Shown here piece by piece: positions 30,819-40,756 of a DNA stretch of 64,000 nucleotides. The stretch is from the NCBI GenBank assembly GCA_031181145.1, contig JAPSLB010000001.1:23775-87774 (forward strand). Direction: 5' to 3'. The position numbers and the translations under genes were made by a program. How positions within the stretch are numbered: the first letter of the stretch is position 1; each line of letters starts with the position of its first letter. Source of the DNA: Microvirga sp. Lineage in GTDB: Bacteria > Pseudomonadota > Alphaproteobacteria > Rhizobiales > Beijerinckiaceae. The notes under the pieces are model-generated. The model worked only from the letters and a program-made list of their open reading frames with translations, did not search any database and was not told the origin of the DNA.

Positions 30819-31171
30819 TCCTTCCGCAGCATCGCCTGCGGACCACGATGGAGCCTGATGAATGTCCCTCCCGAACACCCGTAAGCCGTGTATATCGCCT
30901 TCGCCGCAACGGCTGGAGCAGAATCCAAGGCGCCGGGTCCGGCCGCGCCTGATCCGCTGACACGCGGACGCGAGCCGTCCCCCGAATACCGATCGGCCAT
31001 CTCCGCGACACGCCTCGCGACCCTGACGCATGACCTGAGGCTCCGCGCATCGCGTGATGCGTGAACGATGACGGCTGCCCGTTCGTACGGGGCGCCGCGC
31101 AGGATCGTGCGTCGAGGGCACGCGTCGTGTTCGGGAGCAATCGACCCTCCCCTCACGAAGGATTTCTCACA

Positions 31172-31648
31172 ATGCGCCTCCCTCGCCTTCCCGCTGCGAC
31201 GGCTCTGGCCGCATCCCGTCTGCTGTCCGCATGCGCGAGCCATTCCACTCATAATTCCCTCTCGGCTCCGGCCACGCCGGGCAGCGCCCAGGACTTTGTC
31301 GTGAACGTGGGCGACCGGGTGTTCTTCGAGACCGACTCGACCGACCTCACCCCCACCGCCGTCGCCACCCTCGACAAGCAAGCCCAGTGGCTGCAGCGCT
31401 ACCCGAACTACACCTTCATCGTGGAAGGCCATGCCGACGAGCGCGGCACCCGCGAGTACAACTTCTCGCTCTCGGCCCGCCGCGCCCAGACCGTGCGCGA
31501 CTACCTGATCTCGCGCGGCATCCCCGGCAACCGCTTCCGCACCGTGTCCTACGGCAAGGAGCGCCCGGTGGCGGTGTGCAACGACATCTCCTGCTGGTCC
31601 CAGAACCGCCGCGCGGTCACCGTCCTCGCCACGAGTGCCGGATCCTGA
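31172..31648 (+). CDS. pal: Peptidoglycan-associated lipoprotein Pal (copy outside a tol-pal operon)
   Basis: Lipobox LSAC, then PGSAQDFVVNVGDRVFF, EGHADERGTREYN, SYGKERP and QNRRAV. Confidence 0.9.
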   Translation: MRLPRLPAATALAASRLLSACASHSTHNSLSAPATPGSAQDFVVNVGDRVFFETDSTDLTPTAVATLDKQAQWLQRYPNYTFIVEGHADERGTREYNFSLSARRAQTVRDYLISRGIPGNRFRTVSYGKERPVAVCNDISCWSQNRRAVTVLATSAGS

Positions 31649-31758
31649 GCGCAACGCTCCCCTGACCGGCTTGCTTCATTGACCTTCCGCCGTCCTTCGT
31701 CATCGAGCGGGCACCTTCGCACAAGCGCGAGGGCTCGCCTGAACCGCTGGTGCTCGCA

Positions 31759-34176
31759 ATGCGCTTCGTTCTTCGCTTCTTCGGCTTTGCCGTGACCTTG
31801 GCCTCCCTCCTCCTGATCAGTGGTTCGATGGCCGCCGGCATCCTGCTGTGGCATCTCTCCGCCGGTCTTCCCGACCACGCGGAACTCGCGCGCTACGAGC
31901 CCGCCGTGACGACGCGCCTCCATGCCGCCGACGGCAGGATCATTGCGGAATACGCGCGCGAGAACCGGCTGTACCTTTCCCTCTCCATGGTGCCGCAACG
32001 GGTCGTTGCCGCGTTCTTGTCCGCCGAGGACCGGCACTTCTACGAGCATAACGGCATCGATCCCAAAGGCATCGGCCGCGCCCTGCTGGCCAACCTCGCC
32101 GGCGATGCGGGCCGCCCCCAGGGCGCCTCGACGATCACCCAGCAGGTCGCCAAGAACCTGTTGCTGTCGCGCGAGCAGACCTACAGCCGCAAGATCAAGG
32201 AAATTATCCTCGCCTTCCGGATCGAGGAGACGTTCAGCAAGGAACGCATCCTCGAACTCTATCTCAACGAGATCTATTTCGGGATGGGCCACTACGGCAT
32301 CGCCGCGGCCGCGCTGGGCTACTTCGACAAATCCGTGCACGAGCTGAATCTGGCCGAGGCCGCCTATCTCGCGGCCCTTCCGAAAGGGCCGAACAACTAC
32401 CATCCATACCGCCGGCGAGAGGCGGCGGTGGCCCGCCGCAACTGGGTCCTGGAGAGGATGGCGGCCAACGGCACCATCACGCCTGCTCAGGCCGCCGCGG
32501 CGATGGCCGAGGCGCTCACGGTCAACCCGCGCTCGGTCTCGCCGCATGAGGCGCAGGCGGGCTACTTCGCCGAGGAGGTCCGGCGCGAGCTCGCCAGCCG
32601 CTATGGCGAGAAGACGCTCTACGAGGGCGGCCTTTCGGTCCGCACGACCCTCGATCCGAAGATCCAGGTTGCTGCCCGCAACAGTCTTGTCGACGGTCTG
32701 GTCCGCTTCGACGAGGCCCGCGGCTGGCGCGGAACCGAGACACGTCTTCCCTCCGTCGAGGGCGACTGGGGTCTCAGGCTCGCCGAGCTGCCGGCGTTCG
32801 AGGACATCCGCCCGTGGCAGCAGGCCGTGGTGCTGGCGGTCGATCCCAAGGGTGCCCGTATCGGTCTGAGGCCGGACCAGGATGCCGGTGGTGCCATCGA
32901 AGCGGCCCGTCGCACGGGGCGGATCACGGCCCAGGGCATCCGATGGACGCGCAAGAGCCGCGTGAGCGACATCCTGCGGGTCGGCGACGTCATCCATGTC
33001 GAGCCGATCAGGAAAGGGACCGCCGAGTACCGGCTGCGGCAGATCCCCGAGATCTCCGGCGCCCTGGTCGCGCTGGAGCCGGATACCGGGCGCATCAGGG
33101 CCATGGTCGGCGGCTTCTCGTTCAGCCAGAACGAGTTCAACCGCGTCACCCAGGCTTGGCGCCAGCCCGGCTCAACCTTCAAGGCCGTTGTCTACGCGGC
33201 CGCCCTGGACAGCGGCTACACTCCCTCCAGCCTCGTCCTCGATGCGCCCCTGTCCATCGACCAGGGCGCCGGACAGATCCCCTGGTCGCCGGGCAACCAC
33301 AACGGCCGCTACGAGGGCCCATCGACGCTCCGCGTGGGGCTGGAGCGCTCCAAGAACGTGATGACGGTCCGTCTGGCTCGTGACATCGGCATGCCCCTCG
33401 TCGCCGAGTATGCCCGGCGCCTGGGCGTCCAGGACGACCTGCCGCCCCTGCTCGCGATGGCCCTGGGGGCCGGCGAGACGACGGTGCTGCGAATGACCAC
33501 CGCCTACGCGATGTTCGTCAACGGCGGCCGCTACGTCCGGCCGACCCTGATCGAGCACATTCAGGACCGCCACGGGAAGACCATCTTCCGACACGACCGG
33601 CGGGCGTGCTCCGGCTGCTCCGCCTCCTCCTGGCGCAACCAGGGCGTCCCCAGCCTTGAGGACAGGGCGGAGCAGGTCATCGATCCGCTGACCGCCTACC
33701 AGGTGACTTCCCTGCTGGAGGGCGTGGTCGAGCGCACGCTGCCACGGGTGTTCGCGGGGCTCGGGCGGCCGCTCGCCGGCAAGACCGGAACGACGAACGA
33801 TGCCAAGGACCTCTGGTTCGTCGGATCCACACCCGAACTGGCGGTCGGCGTGTTCCTCGGTTACGACCGTCCACGCTCCCTGGGGAAGTCCGCCTACGGC
33901 TCGGTGCATGCCGCGCCCATCGTCCGCGCCTTCCTGGGGCAGGCGCTCGCAGGCAAGCCACCAAGCGTCTTCCGCGTTCCGCCCGGCATCAAGTTGATTC
34001 CGGTCGATCCCCGCACGGGCGTGCGCAGCGCGTCCGGCGCTGGCGCGATCCTGGAGGCCTTCAAGCCGGGCACCGCGCCGCCGGATGCGGAACCTCCCCC
34101 CGCCGCCGGTTGGGGGCCGGCGGACGCCCCGACCCGGGAGGCTTATGCGCCGCCCGGCCCCGTCTATCTCCGTTGA
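31759..34176 (+). CDS. Class A penicillin-binding protein (PBP1A family; transglycosylase plus transpeptidase)
   Basis: Glycosyltransferase motifs AEDRHF, GASTITQQVAKN, RKIKE, LYLNEIY. Transpeptidase motifs STFK, SKN, KTGTT. All catalytic motifs are present. Confidence 0.93.
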   Translation: MRFVLRFFGFAVTLASLLLISGSMAAGILLWHLSAGLPDHAELARYEPAVTTRLHAADGRIIAEYARENRLYLSLSMVPQRVVAAFLSAEDRHFYEHNGIDPKGIGRALLANLAGDAGRPQGASTITQQVAKNLLLSREQTYSRKIKEIILAFRIEETFSKERILELYLNEIYFGMGHYGIAAAALGYFDKSVHELNLAEAAYLAALPKGPNNYHPYRRREAAVARRNWVLERMAANGTITPAQAAAAMAEALTVNPRSVSPHEAQAGYFAEEVRRELASRYGEKTLYEGGLSVRTTLDPKIQVAARNSLVDGLVRFDEARGWRGTETRLPSVEGDWGLRLAELPAFEDIRPWQQAVVLAVDPKGARIGLRPDQDAGGAIEAARRTGRITAQGIRWTRKSRVSDILRVGDVIHVEPIRKGTAEYRLRQIPEISGALVALEPDTGRIRAMVGGFSFSQNEFNRVTQAWRQPGSTFKAVVYAAALDSGYTPSSLVLDAPLSIDQGAGQIPWSPGNHNGRYEGPSTLRVGLERSKNVMTVRLARDIGMPLVAEYARRLGVQDDLPPLLAMALGAGETTVLRMTTAYAMFVNGGRYVRPTLIEHIQDRHGKTIFRHDRRACSGCSASSWRNQGVPSLEDRAEQVIDPLTAYQVTSLLEGVVERTLPRVFAGLGRPLAGKTGTTNDAKDLWFVGSTPELAVGVFLGYDRPRSLGKSAYGSVHAAPIVRAFLGQALAGKPPSVFRVPPGIKLIPVDPRTGVRSASGAGAILEAFKPGTAPPDAEPPPAAGWGPADAPTREAYAPPGPVYLR

Positions 34177-34189
34177 TGCGGCGCCCCGG

Positions 34190-35827
34190 ATGGCACGCTC
34201 CTTGTTCACCCTCGCGTTCGATCGCGGTCCCGCGCGGATCGGGCTCGTCGCCCTTGTGTTCGTCACTCTCTTTGCCGCCATTGCGGTGCGGCTGGTTGCG
34301 CTCGGCCTTGCCCCAGTCGAACCGCGCGCGACATCCCAGGACCAGATCCTGCGCCTGCGGCCCGACATCGTGGACCGCAACGGCGTCCTGCTCGCCAAGG
34401 AGCTGAAGGCCTTTTCCGTCTATGCGGAGCCGCGGCGGATCATCGATGTCGATGAAGCCGTCGAGGGGCTGATCGAGGTGTTCGACGACCTCGATCCGCG
34501 CGACCTTCGCCGCAAGCTCACGTCGGGCTCAGGATTCGCCTGGATCAAGCGTTCGGTCCCACCCTCGGTGGCCGACCGCATCTGGTCGCTCGGCTTGGCC
34601 GGCATCCATCTTCGGCACGAGCCGACTCGCGTCTATCCCAACGGGACGGCCGCGGCGCATATTCTCGGCGCGGTCGACATCGACAACCGGGGCTTGGCCG
34701 GCATCGAGAAGTGGCTCGACAACACGACAACGGCGCATGAGCCGGCGTCCGGCCAGGCGCGGACGGGTCGAACCGGTCAGTCCATCCGCCTCAGCATCGA
34801 CATCAGGATCCAGCACATCTATTCCGAGCACCTGCGCCGCGCCGTCGGGACGTACGGCGCCGTCGCCGCAGCCGGACTTGTTCTCGACGTCACCAACGGC
34901 GAAATCCTCGCGCTCGTGTCGTTGCCTGATTTCGATCCGAACGAGCCCGGTCTGGCGCTGCAACCGGATCGCATCAATAGGATGCAGGTCGGCCGCTACG
35001 AGATGGGTTCGATCTACAAGGCCCTGACCACCGCGCTCGCCCTGGACACCGGGCTGTTCACGCTGCGCTCCACCTTCGATGTCAGCCGGCCGCTCACCAT
35101 CGGCGGGGCCAGCATCGACGACTTCCGTGGCAAGAGGCGTGTCCTGACGCTGTCCGAGAGTTTCATCTACTCGTCGAACATCGCCATGGGCAGCATGGCG
35201 CTCGCCATCGGCGCGCCCAGGGTCCGGTCGTTCCTGAGGACGATGGGACAGTTCGACAAGGTGCGGACGGAACTCACCGAGAGCTCCACGCCCATCGTGC
35301 CGTCGCGGTGGAGCGATCTCACGACCGCCACGGTCGCGTTCGGGCATGGCATCGCGGTCACACCGCTCCAGGCTGCCATGGCGGTCGCCGCCTTGGTCAA
35401 CGGCGGCGACCTGATCACCCCGACCTTTCTCGCGGGCCGCGGTCTCAAGGGCCGCCTTCGCGCCGAAAACGTGATCAAGTCCACGACTGCCGAGACCCTG
35501 CGCGACCTGATGCGCCTGAACGTCGAGACAGGATCGGCCCGGCGTGCCGCGCTCGATCCGATCCGGATCGGGGGCAAGACAGGGACCTCCGAGAAGGTCG
35601 TCGGCGGCGCTTATTCCAAGGAAAAGGTGATGACCTTCTTTGTCGGCGTCGCCCCCATCGACGCTCCGCGCTATCTGTTCCTGACGATTCTTGACGAGCC
35701 GCGCGGACTGCCGGAAACCTTCGGCTTTCGCACCTCCGGCTGGAACGCAGTACCGGTGACGCGGCGCGTCATGGGTGAAGCCCTGCCCCTGCTCGGCGTC
35801 CAGCCCTGGACAGCACCCGCGCAGTGA
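34190..35827 (+). CDS. Class B penicillin-binding protein (FtsI/PBP3-like)
   Basis: N-terminal TM helix, RPDIVDRNG, RVYPNG, GLAGIE. Transpeptidase motifs SIYK, SSN, KTGT. Start may be 34145. Confidence 0.88.
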   Translation: MARSLFTLAFDRGPARIGLVALVFVTLFAAIAVRLVALGLAPVEPRATSQDQILRLRPDIVDRNGVLLAKELKAFSVYAEPRRIIDVDEAVEGLIEVFDDLDPRDLRRKLTSGSGFAWIKRSVPPSVADRIWSLGLAGIHLRHEPTRVYPNGTAAAHILGAVDIDNRGLAGIEKWLDNTTTAHEPASGQARTGRTGQSIRLSIDIRIQHIYSEHLRRAVGTYGAVAAAGLVLDVTNGEILALVSLPDFDPNEPGLALQPDRINRMQVGRYEMGSIYKALTTALALDTGLFTLRSTFDVSRPLTIGGASIDDFRGKRRVLTLSESFIYSSNIAMGSMALAIGAPRVRSFLRTMGQFDKVRTELTESSTPIVPSRWSDLTTATVAFGHGIAVTPLQAAMAVAALVNGGDLITPTFLAGRGLKGRLRAENVIKSTTAETLRDLMRLNVETGSARRAALDPIRIGGKTGTSEKVVGGAYSKEKVMTFFVGVAPIDAPRYLFLTILDEPRGLPETFGFRTSGWNAVPVTRRVMGEALPLLGVQPWTAPAQ

Positions 35828-36501
35828 TCCCGAAAGCCATGATGGATTCCCGACCGATGTTTGATACCTTCGCCGCCCTGCTCGACTGGTTCGGGATCGT
35901 GGTCTTCACGACGACCGGGGCGCTTGTCGCTTCCCGCAAACAGATGGACCTGGTCGGCTTCGTCCTGCTCGGCACGGCGACAGGGATCGGCGGAGGGACG
36001 ATCCGCGACACGCTCATCAACGCGCTTCCGGTCTTCTGGGTGCGGGAGCCGGCCTATCTGGTCACCTGCGTGCTCGTCTCCTGCGCAGCGTTCTTCCTCG
36101 CCCATATTCCGCAATCCCGGCTCAAGCTCCTCCTGTGGTGCGATGCCGTCGGCATGGCCCTGTTCGCGGTGACCGGGGCCGAGAAGGCGCTGCTGGCCGA
36201 GGGCGGCCCCACCGTCGCCATCGCGATGGGCGTGATCACGGCGACCTTCGGGGGCATCGTCAGGGATGTCCTGGGGGGCGAAAGCCCAGTCATCCTCAGC
36301 CGCGAGATCTACGTATCGGCGGCATTGGGCGGAGCGGCGATCTTCGTCATTCTGGCCTCGGCGGGCGTTCCGCGCGAATATGCCCTTGCCGGTGGTTTCC
36401 TGGCCGGACTGAGTATCCGGGCGGCAGCGCTCCGCTGGGACTGGTCTCTGCCGCGTTATCGGCCGCGACCCGGGCGAACGCGGGAAGAAATAGACCGATG
36501 A
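35824..36501 (+). CDS. UPF0126 / trimeric intracellular cation channel family membrane protein (glycine transporter-like)
   Basis: Duplicated motifs MDLVG...TGIGGGTIRD and TATFGGIVRDVL, plus EIY. GTGA overlap with the upstream PBP stop; an alternative start lies at 35857. Confidence 0.9.
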   Translation: MIPKAMMDSRPMFDTFAALLDWFGIVVFTTTGALVASRKQMDLVGFVLLGTATGIGGGTIRDTLINALPVFWVREPAYLVTCVLVSCAAFFLAHIPQSRLKLLLWCDAVGMALFAVTGAEKALLAEGGPTVAIAMGVITATFGGIVRDVLGGESPVILSREIYVSAALGGAAIFVILASAGVPREYALAGGFLAGLSIRAAALRWDWSLPRYRPRPGRTREEIDR

Positions 36502-36792
36502 CCATCCGCACGACCTCCACTGCGGCAAAGGCGAGAGCAGCCTCGCCGTGGAGTCACGCAACCGCGTGAAGACCGGGCTCCGCCGGCACTCGGCCGGCCC
36601 GAACGGATAGCAATCCTGGAGATCCCGCTCGAACGCCCCTCCAGCCTTCGGATCGCGGCATCCTCGCGGGCGAAGAGCTGCTTCAGCAGCAGTGGCTGAT
36701 GGGCAGATGCGGTGCCGCTGGCAGGCGGAACCTTATAATGCATCCGGGATTGTCACGGATTGCTCCCATCCCGATGGCCACAGAGGACGACG

Positions 36793-37235
36793 GTGGCGGA
36801 ACTTGTTGCTGTTGGCTTCGATAATCCCAGGAAGCGGACCGTGTGCTGACCGAATTGGCGCGGCTCCAACGGCAATATCTGATCGCCTCAGAGGATGCGG
36901 TCGTGGCTATCCGCCAGCCCGATGGCAGGGTCAACCTCGAAGAAAGCATCAATATGATCGGGGCCGGTGCCGCCTCCGGTGGTCTGTCCGGAGCCCTGTG
37001 GGGTCGCTGGTCGGTCTGTTGTGTCTCAACCCGCCCGCCGGCATGGCTGCGGGCGGCCTCGTTGGGGCCGGAAGCGGGGCATTGTCGGGCTCGCTGGTCG
37101 ATTACGGCATCGACGACAGCTTCATCCGTCAGATCGCTGAGACGCTGCAACCGGGCACCTCGGTCCTGTTCGTGCTGGCGCGTAAGGCCCAGTCGGAGAA
37201 GGTGCTCGCCGAACTCTCGCAATTCCGCGGGCGGG
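36793..37235 (+). pseudogene. DUF1269-like membrane protein, frameshifted
   Basis: Three frames join into MAELVAVGFDNP/EADRVL...EDAVV...GGLSGALWG/SLVGLL...DYGIDDSFIRQI...PGTSVLFVL. Frameshifts near 36830 and 37003. Confidence 0.75.
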
Positions 37236-37323
37236 GCCGGCGGGAACGACCCCCACCTAATTCCGCAATACCGTCGCAGGAAAACGGCCTACCGAGCCTG
37301 AGCCTCGCCCAAGGAGCCATCCG

Positions 37324-37938
37324 ATGTTTGACCGGATCACAGGCTTTGTGGTGCGGAGCGGCTATAGTGGCGTCTTCCTGCTCATGTTGGCGGAGAACGT
37401 CGTCCCGCCGATCCCGTCCGAACTCATCATGCCGCTGGCGGGCTTCACGGCCGCGCGAGGCCAGCTCAACTTCTTCCTCGTGATCCTCGCCGGCACGGCT
37501 GGGTCTCTCCTCGGGGCTGTATTCTGGTACTACGTCGGAAAACGCTTGGGACTGAAGCGCCTGAAGCATCTGGCGGCGCGGCATGGCCGGTGGGTGACCT
37601 TGTGCCCGGAGGACGTGGACCGGGCCGATGACTGGTTCGGCCGCCATGGGGCGAGCGCCGTGTTCTTCGGCCGCCTCGTCCCCACCGTGCGGACGCTGAT
37701 ATCGGTGCCGGCCGGGATCGCCGGCATGCCTCTCCCGAGCTTCCTCGCCTGGTCGTCTCTTGGCACTGGGCTCTGGACCACGCTGCTCGCTGGCGCCGGG
37801 TATCTGCTCCAGAGCCAATACGAGCGCGTGGCCGACTACCTCAACCCGGTATCGACGGCCGTGGTGATCCTGGTCGTCGGCTGGTATCTCTACCGGGTCG
37901 TGACCTTCCGGACCGGAGGCCGACAGGCCGCGCGATGA
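37324..37938 (+). CDS. DedA family membrane protein
   Basis: ENVVPPIPSELIMPLAGF and FFGRLVPTVRTLISVPAG motifs. AAGGAG RBS. Confidence 0.92.
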   Translation: MFDRITGFVVRSGYSGVFLLMLAENVVPPIPSELIMPLAGFTAARGQLNFFLVILAGTAGSLLGAVFWYYVGKRLGLKRLKHLAARHGRWVTLCPEDVDRADDWFGRHGASAVFFGRLVPTVRTLISVPAGIAGMPLPSFLAWSSLGTGLWTTLLAGAGYLLQSQYERVADYLNPVSTAVVILVVGWYLYRVVTFRTGGRQAAR

Positions 37939-38059
37939 ACCGATCTCCGACCGGAGGACCTCTGGCAGTCTGTTTTCTCCGACCGGCACCATCAATTTGG
38001 CGTGTCCTCAAAGCGGAGCCGCTGCGGGCGCGGGACAGGCCTCTTACTCCAAAGGCGGA

Positions 38060-38080
38060 AGGCCGCCCGAGGGGCGGCCT
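38060..38080. terminator. GC-rich hairpin between convergent dedA and MCP genes
   Basis: aggccgccc-gag-gggcggcct, with only a weak U tract. Confidence 0.5.
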
Positions 38081-38111
38081 CCATTGCAGTGTCGTTCGGG
38101 ACGATCTCGGC

Positions 38112-39422
38112 CTACGCGGCCTTGACGCCGGAGAGGAAGCTCGAGACCTCCAGGTTGAGATCGTTGGAGTGGCGCGACAGTTCCTGAGCCGCTCCCAGAA
38201 CCTGATTGGCTGCGGCTCCCGTTTCGCCGGCCCCCTTCTGGAGATCCATGATGCTTTCCGTCGCGGTCTCCGTGACGCGCGCGGCTTCCTGCACGTTGCG
38301 GGCGATCTCCGCGGTGGCCGCGCCCTGCTCCTCCATGGCGGCCGCGATGGAGGTGGAGATCTGCGACATCTCGGTGATCGTGCGCGCGATCTCCTGGATG
38401 GCGTGCACCGTCTCCTGCGTGGCCTGTTGGACGGAGGTGATCTGGGCCGAGATCTCCTCGGTCGCCTTGGCCGTCTGGGAGGCCAGCTCCTTCACCTCGG
38501 TGGCCACCACGGCAAAGCCCTTGCCGGCCTCGACCTTCGCCTCGAAGCGCCTGGTGAGCTCGTCCAGGACCTCGGCGCGGCACATCTTGGCCTGGTTGTC
38601 GGCCTCCTGCTCGGCGGCGAGGCGTCGCGCCGCGATGGCGTTGTCCTTGAACACCTGCAGCGAACGGGCAAGAACACCGACCTCGTCCTTGCGTTCGACC
38701 CCGGAGATGCTGACGGCGAGGTCGCCGTCGGCAAGCCGTGCCATGGCGCCGCTCATGGCTCCGAGCGGGCGGGTGACGCCGAAGATCACGACCGCAGCCA
38801 GCAGTCCCGCAGCTGCGAGAAGGCCGATGGCCGAAGCGCCTATCAGGGTCGTCGAGGTGCTCTCCGCGATCTCGGCGGCGTCTGTCCTGGCCTTCATCAG
38901 GGCGTCGGCATTGGCCTTGACCCGCACATCAAGAGCCTCTTTGGCCTTTTGGCGCACCGGGGCGACCTCACTCATGGAGACCTTGATAGCCGCTTCATCC
39001 TGTTGCTTGAGGCCGAGCGCCACACTCTTATCCATGGCGGCGAAGAGTTCCTCGGTTATCTGCTTCAGCCGTTGGTTGGTCGCGACGAGCTCAGGAATAT
39101 CGGACAACTCCAGAAGTTTGGTGAGGCCTCCGATTGCAGCTTCCTTGGCTTCCTTGTAGCGCGCCTCGGCGGCAGACGCTCGAGCCGGGTCCTTCCCCAG
39201 GATCAAATTCTTCTCCTGAATCGTCGCTTCGTTGACCTCGGCCTTCACCGTGACGATGGTCCCGAGCCTTGTGGCGTAGATGTCGACGATTTACTGAGTG
39301 TCCTTTGCCAGAGTATCGAGGCCATCATCGGCCAGCAGAACGAGGCCAGCCGCAACGACCATCATGGCTGCTACAGGAATAGCAAGCTTATAGATGAGCT
39401 TAAGATTTTCAATGATCTTCAT
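38112..39422 (-). pseudogene. Methyl-accepting chemotaxis protein with premature stop and internal deletion
   Basis: ATG at 39422 (MKIIENLKL...TM1), in-frame TAA at 39291-39293, HAMP domain (RKDEVG). FEAKV then joins directly to EAGKGFAVVA, so the LNATIEAARAG arm is missing. Confidence 0.8.
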
Positions 39423-40193
39423 CGGTGTTTGCTGACCCGCCCGCAGCACCGCGGGAAGCGCACGCCCCTATAGCGCACAGTTATACGGGCCTGTCGGCAC
39501 TACGCGTCAGAGCTTGCATGAGAATTGTCTTGAGCTCACTTGTCTCAGACAAGGAGCCATCGTTGCGCGCGAATAACCGGGTCCGCTATTTAGCGCGATG
39601 CGCTGGAAAATGCCATAAACCTCCCGGTCACCCAGTTCGGTCTGCGCCTCCGGCAAGCGCGGCTGGACGTGATGTTCGAAGGCTGCCATTTCGCCCCCCT
39701 CGATAATCCTGCCCTGCGTGCGGATGATGGCGGAACGGGAGCTGCGCAGAGGTGGATCACGCCGCGATCCACCGCCGGGGTCCGTGCACGTCGCCCAAAG
39801 TTGCAATGAATCCCGGAGGAACGGCATTGTGCTCTTGGTGCCACGGCACTGAAGGGAGGCCGGCCGCTGCTGAGCGATGCCTCGTGTCGCCCTCCCGCGG
39901 CCATCATCGCGATGCTCCGCAACAAAGGCACGGGGTATCCAGCCGTCGCCTCATCCCCGCGGCATCGGGGATGCGGGACAATCAAAATGATAGATTGACA
40001 GCTGGTGCACGTCTACCATAGCCCGGAAATGTAGGTGGCCACTCTGGAAAAGAGAGCAGCGAATGCTCCGTAGAAACCAAGAACCATCTTGAAGAGGGAC
40101 AACGAGCGTATGACAAAGGTTTCTGGAGGCCTCAGCGAGCGCGAGGCTGCAGCCTCCACAAGAAAAAGAACCTCACCGGCCGGGGACGTTTCT

Positions 40194-40754
40194 ATGGACA
40201 GGAAATCGCCTGTTCGATCGCTTCTCGACGGAATTTATCTCCTTTCAGGCTGGCTGGCCGGATTTTTCCTTTTCCTCATCTTTCTCATCATGATGGGGCT
40301 GTCGCTCGGACGACATGTGGGGGTCAACATCCCCGCAGGAGATGATTTCGCCGCATGGTCGATGGCCGCTTTGGGCTTCCTGGGCTTGGCCCACACTTTC
40401 AAATCCGGCGACTTGATCCGCGTGGGGCTCATCCTCGATCGGCTTCCCCCCTCGGCTCGGCGCATGATCGAGATCCTTTGCCTCAGCATCGGCACCGCCG
40501 TCGTCGGCTTCTTTGCCTGGCATGCCGTGCACATGACCTATGACAGTTATCTCTTCAACGATGTGTCCGGCGGCGTTGTCGCCGTGCCGCTATGGATTCC
40601 CCAGATCGGATATTCGCTCGGACTGACGATTCTCGCCATCGCCTTCGTCGATGAGCTCGTCCATGCGCTGAGAGGATATCAGCCCCGCTACGAGAAGCCA
40701 AAGGCTGAGACTCCTGAGGAGATCGTCGATCGTGCAGCGGAAGGCGGGCTCTGA
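40194..40754 (+). CDS. TRAP transporter small permease (DctQ family)
   Basis: Four TM helices, GDLIRV and PLWIPQ motifs. Adjacent to dctM- and dctP-like genes. Confidence 0.88.
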   Translation: MDRKSPVRSLLDGIYLLSGWLAGFFLFLIFLIMMGLSLGRHVGVNIPAGDDFAAWSMAALGFLGLAHTFKSGDLIRVGLILDRLPPSARRMIEILCLSIGTAVVGFFAWHAVHMTYDSYLFNDVSGGVVAVPLWIPQIGYSLGLTILAIAFVDELVHALRGYQPRYEKPKAETPEEIVDRAAEGGL

Positions 40755-40756
40755 CG

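Noticed and set aside
39291-39293. In-frame stop in the MCP as possible recoding
   Set aside because: The codon is TAA, not TGA. There is no SECIS-like stem, and the gene also has a deletion.
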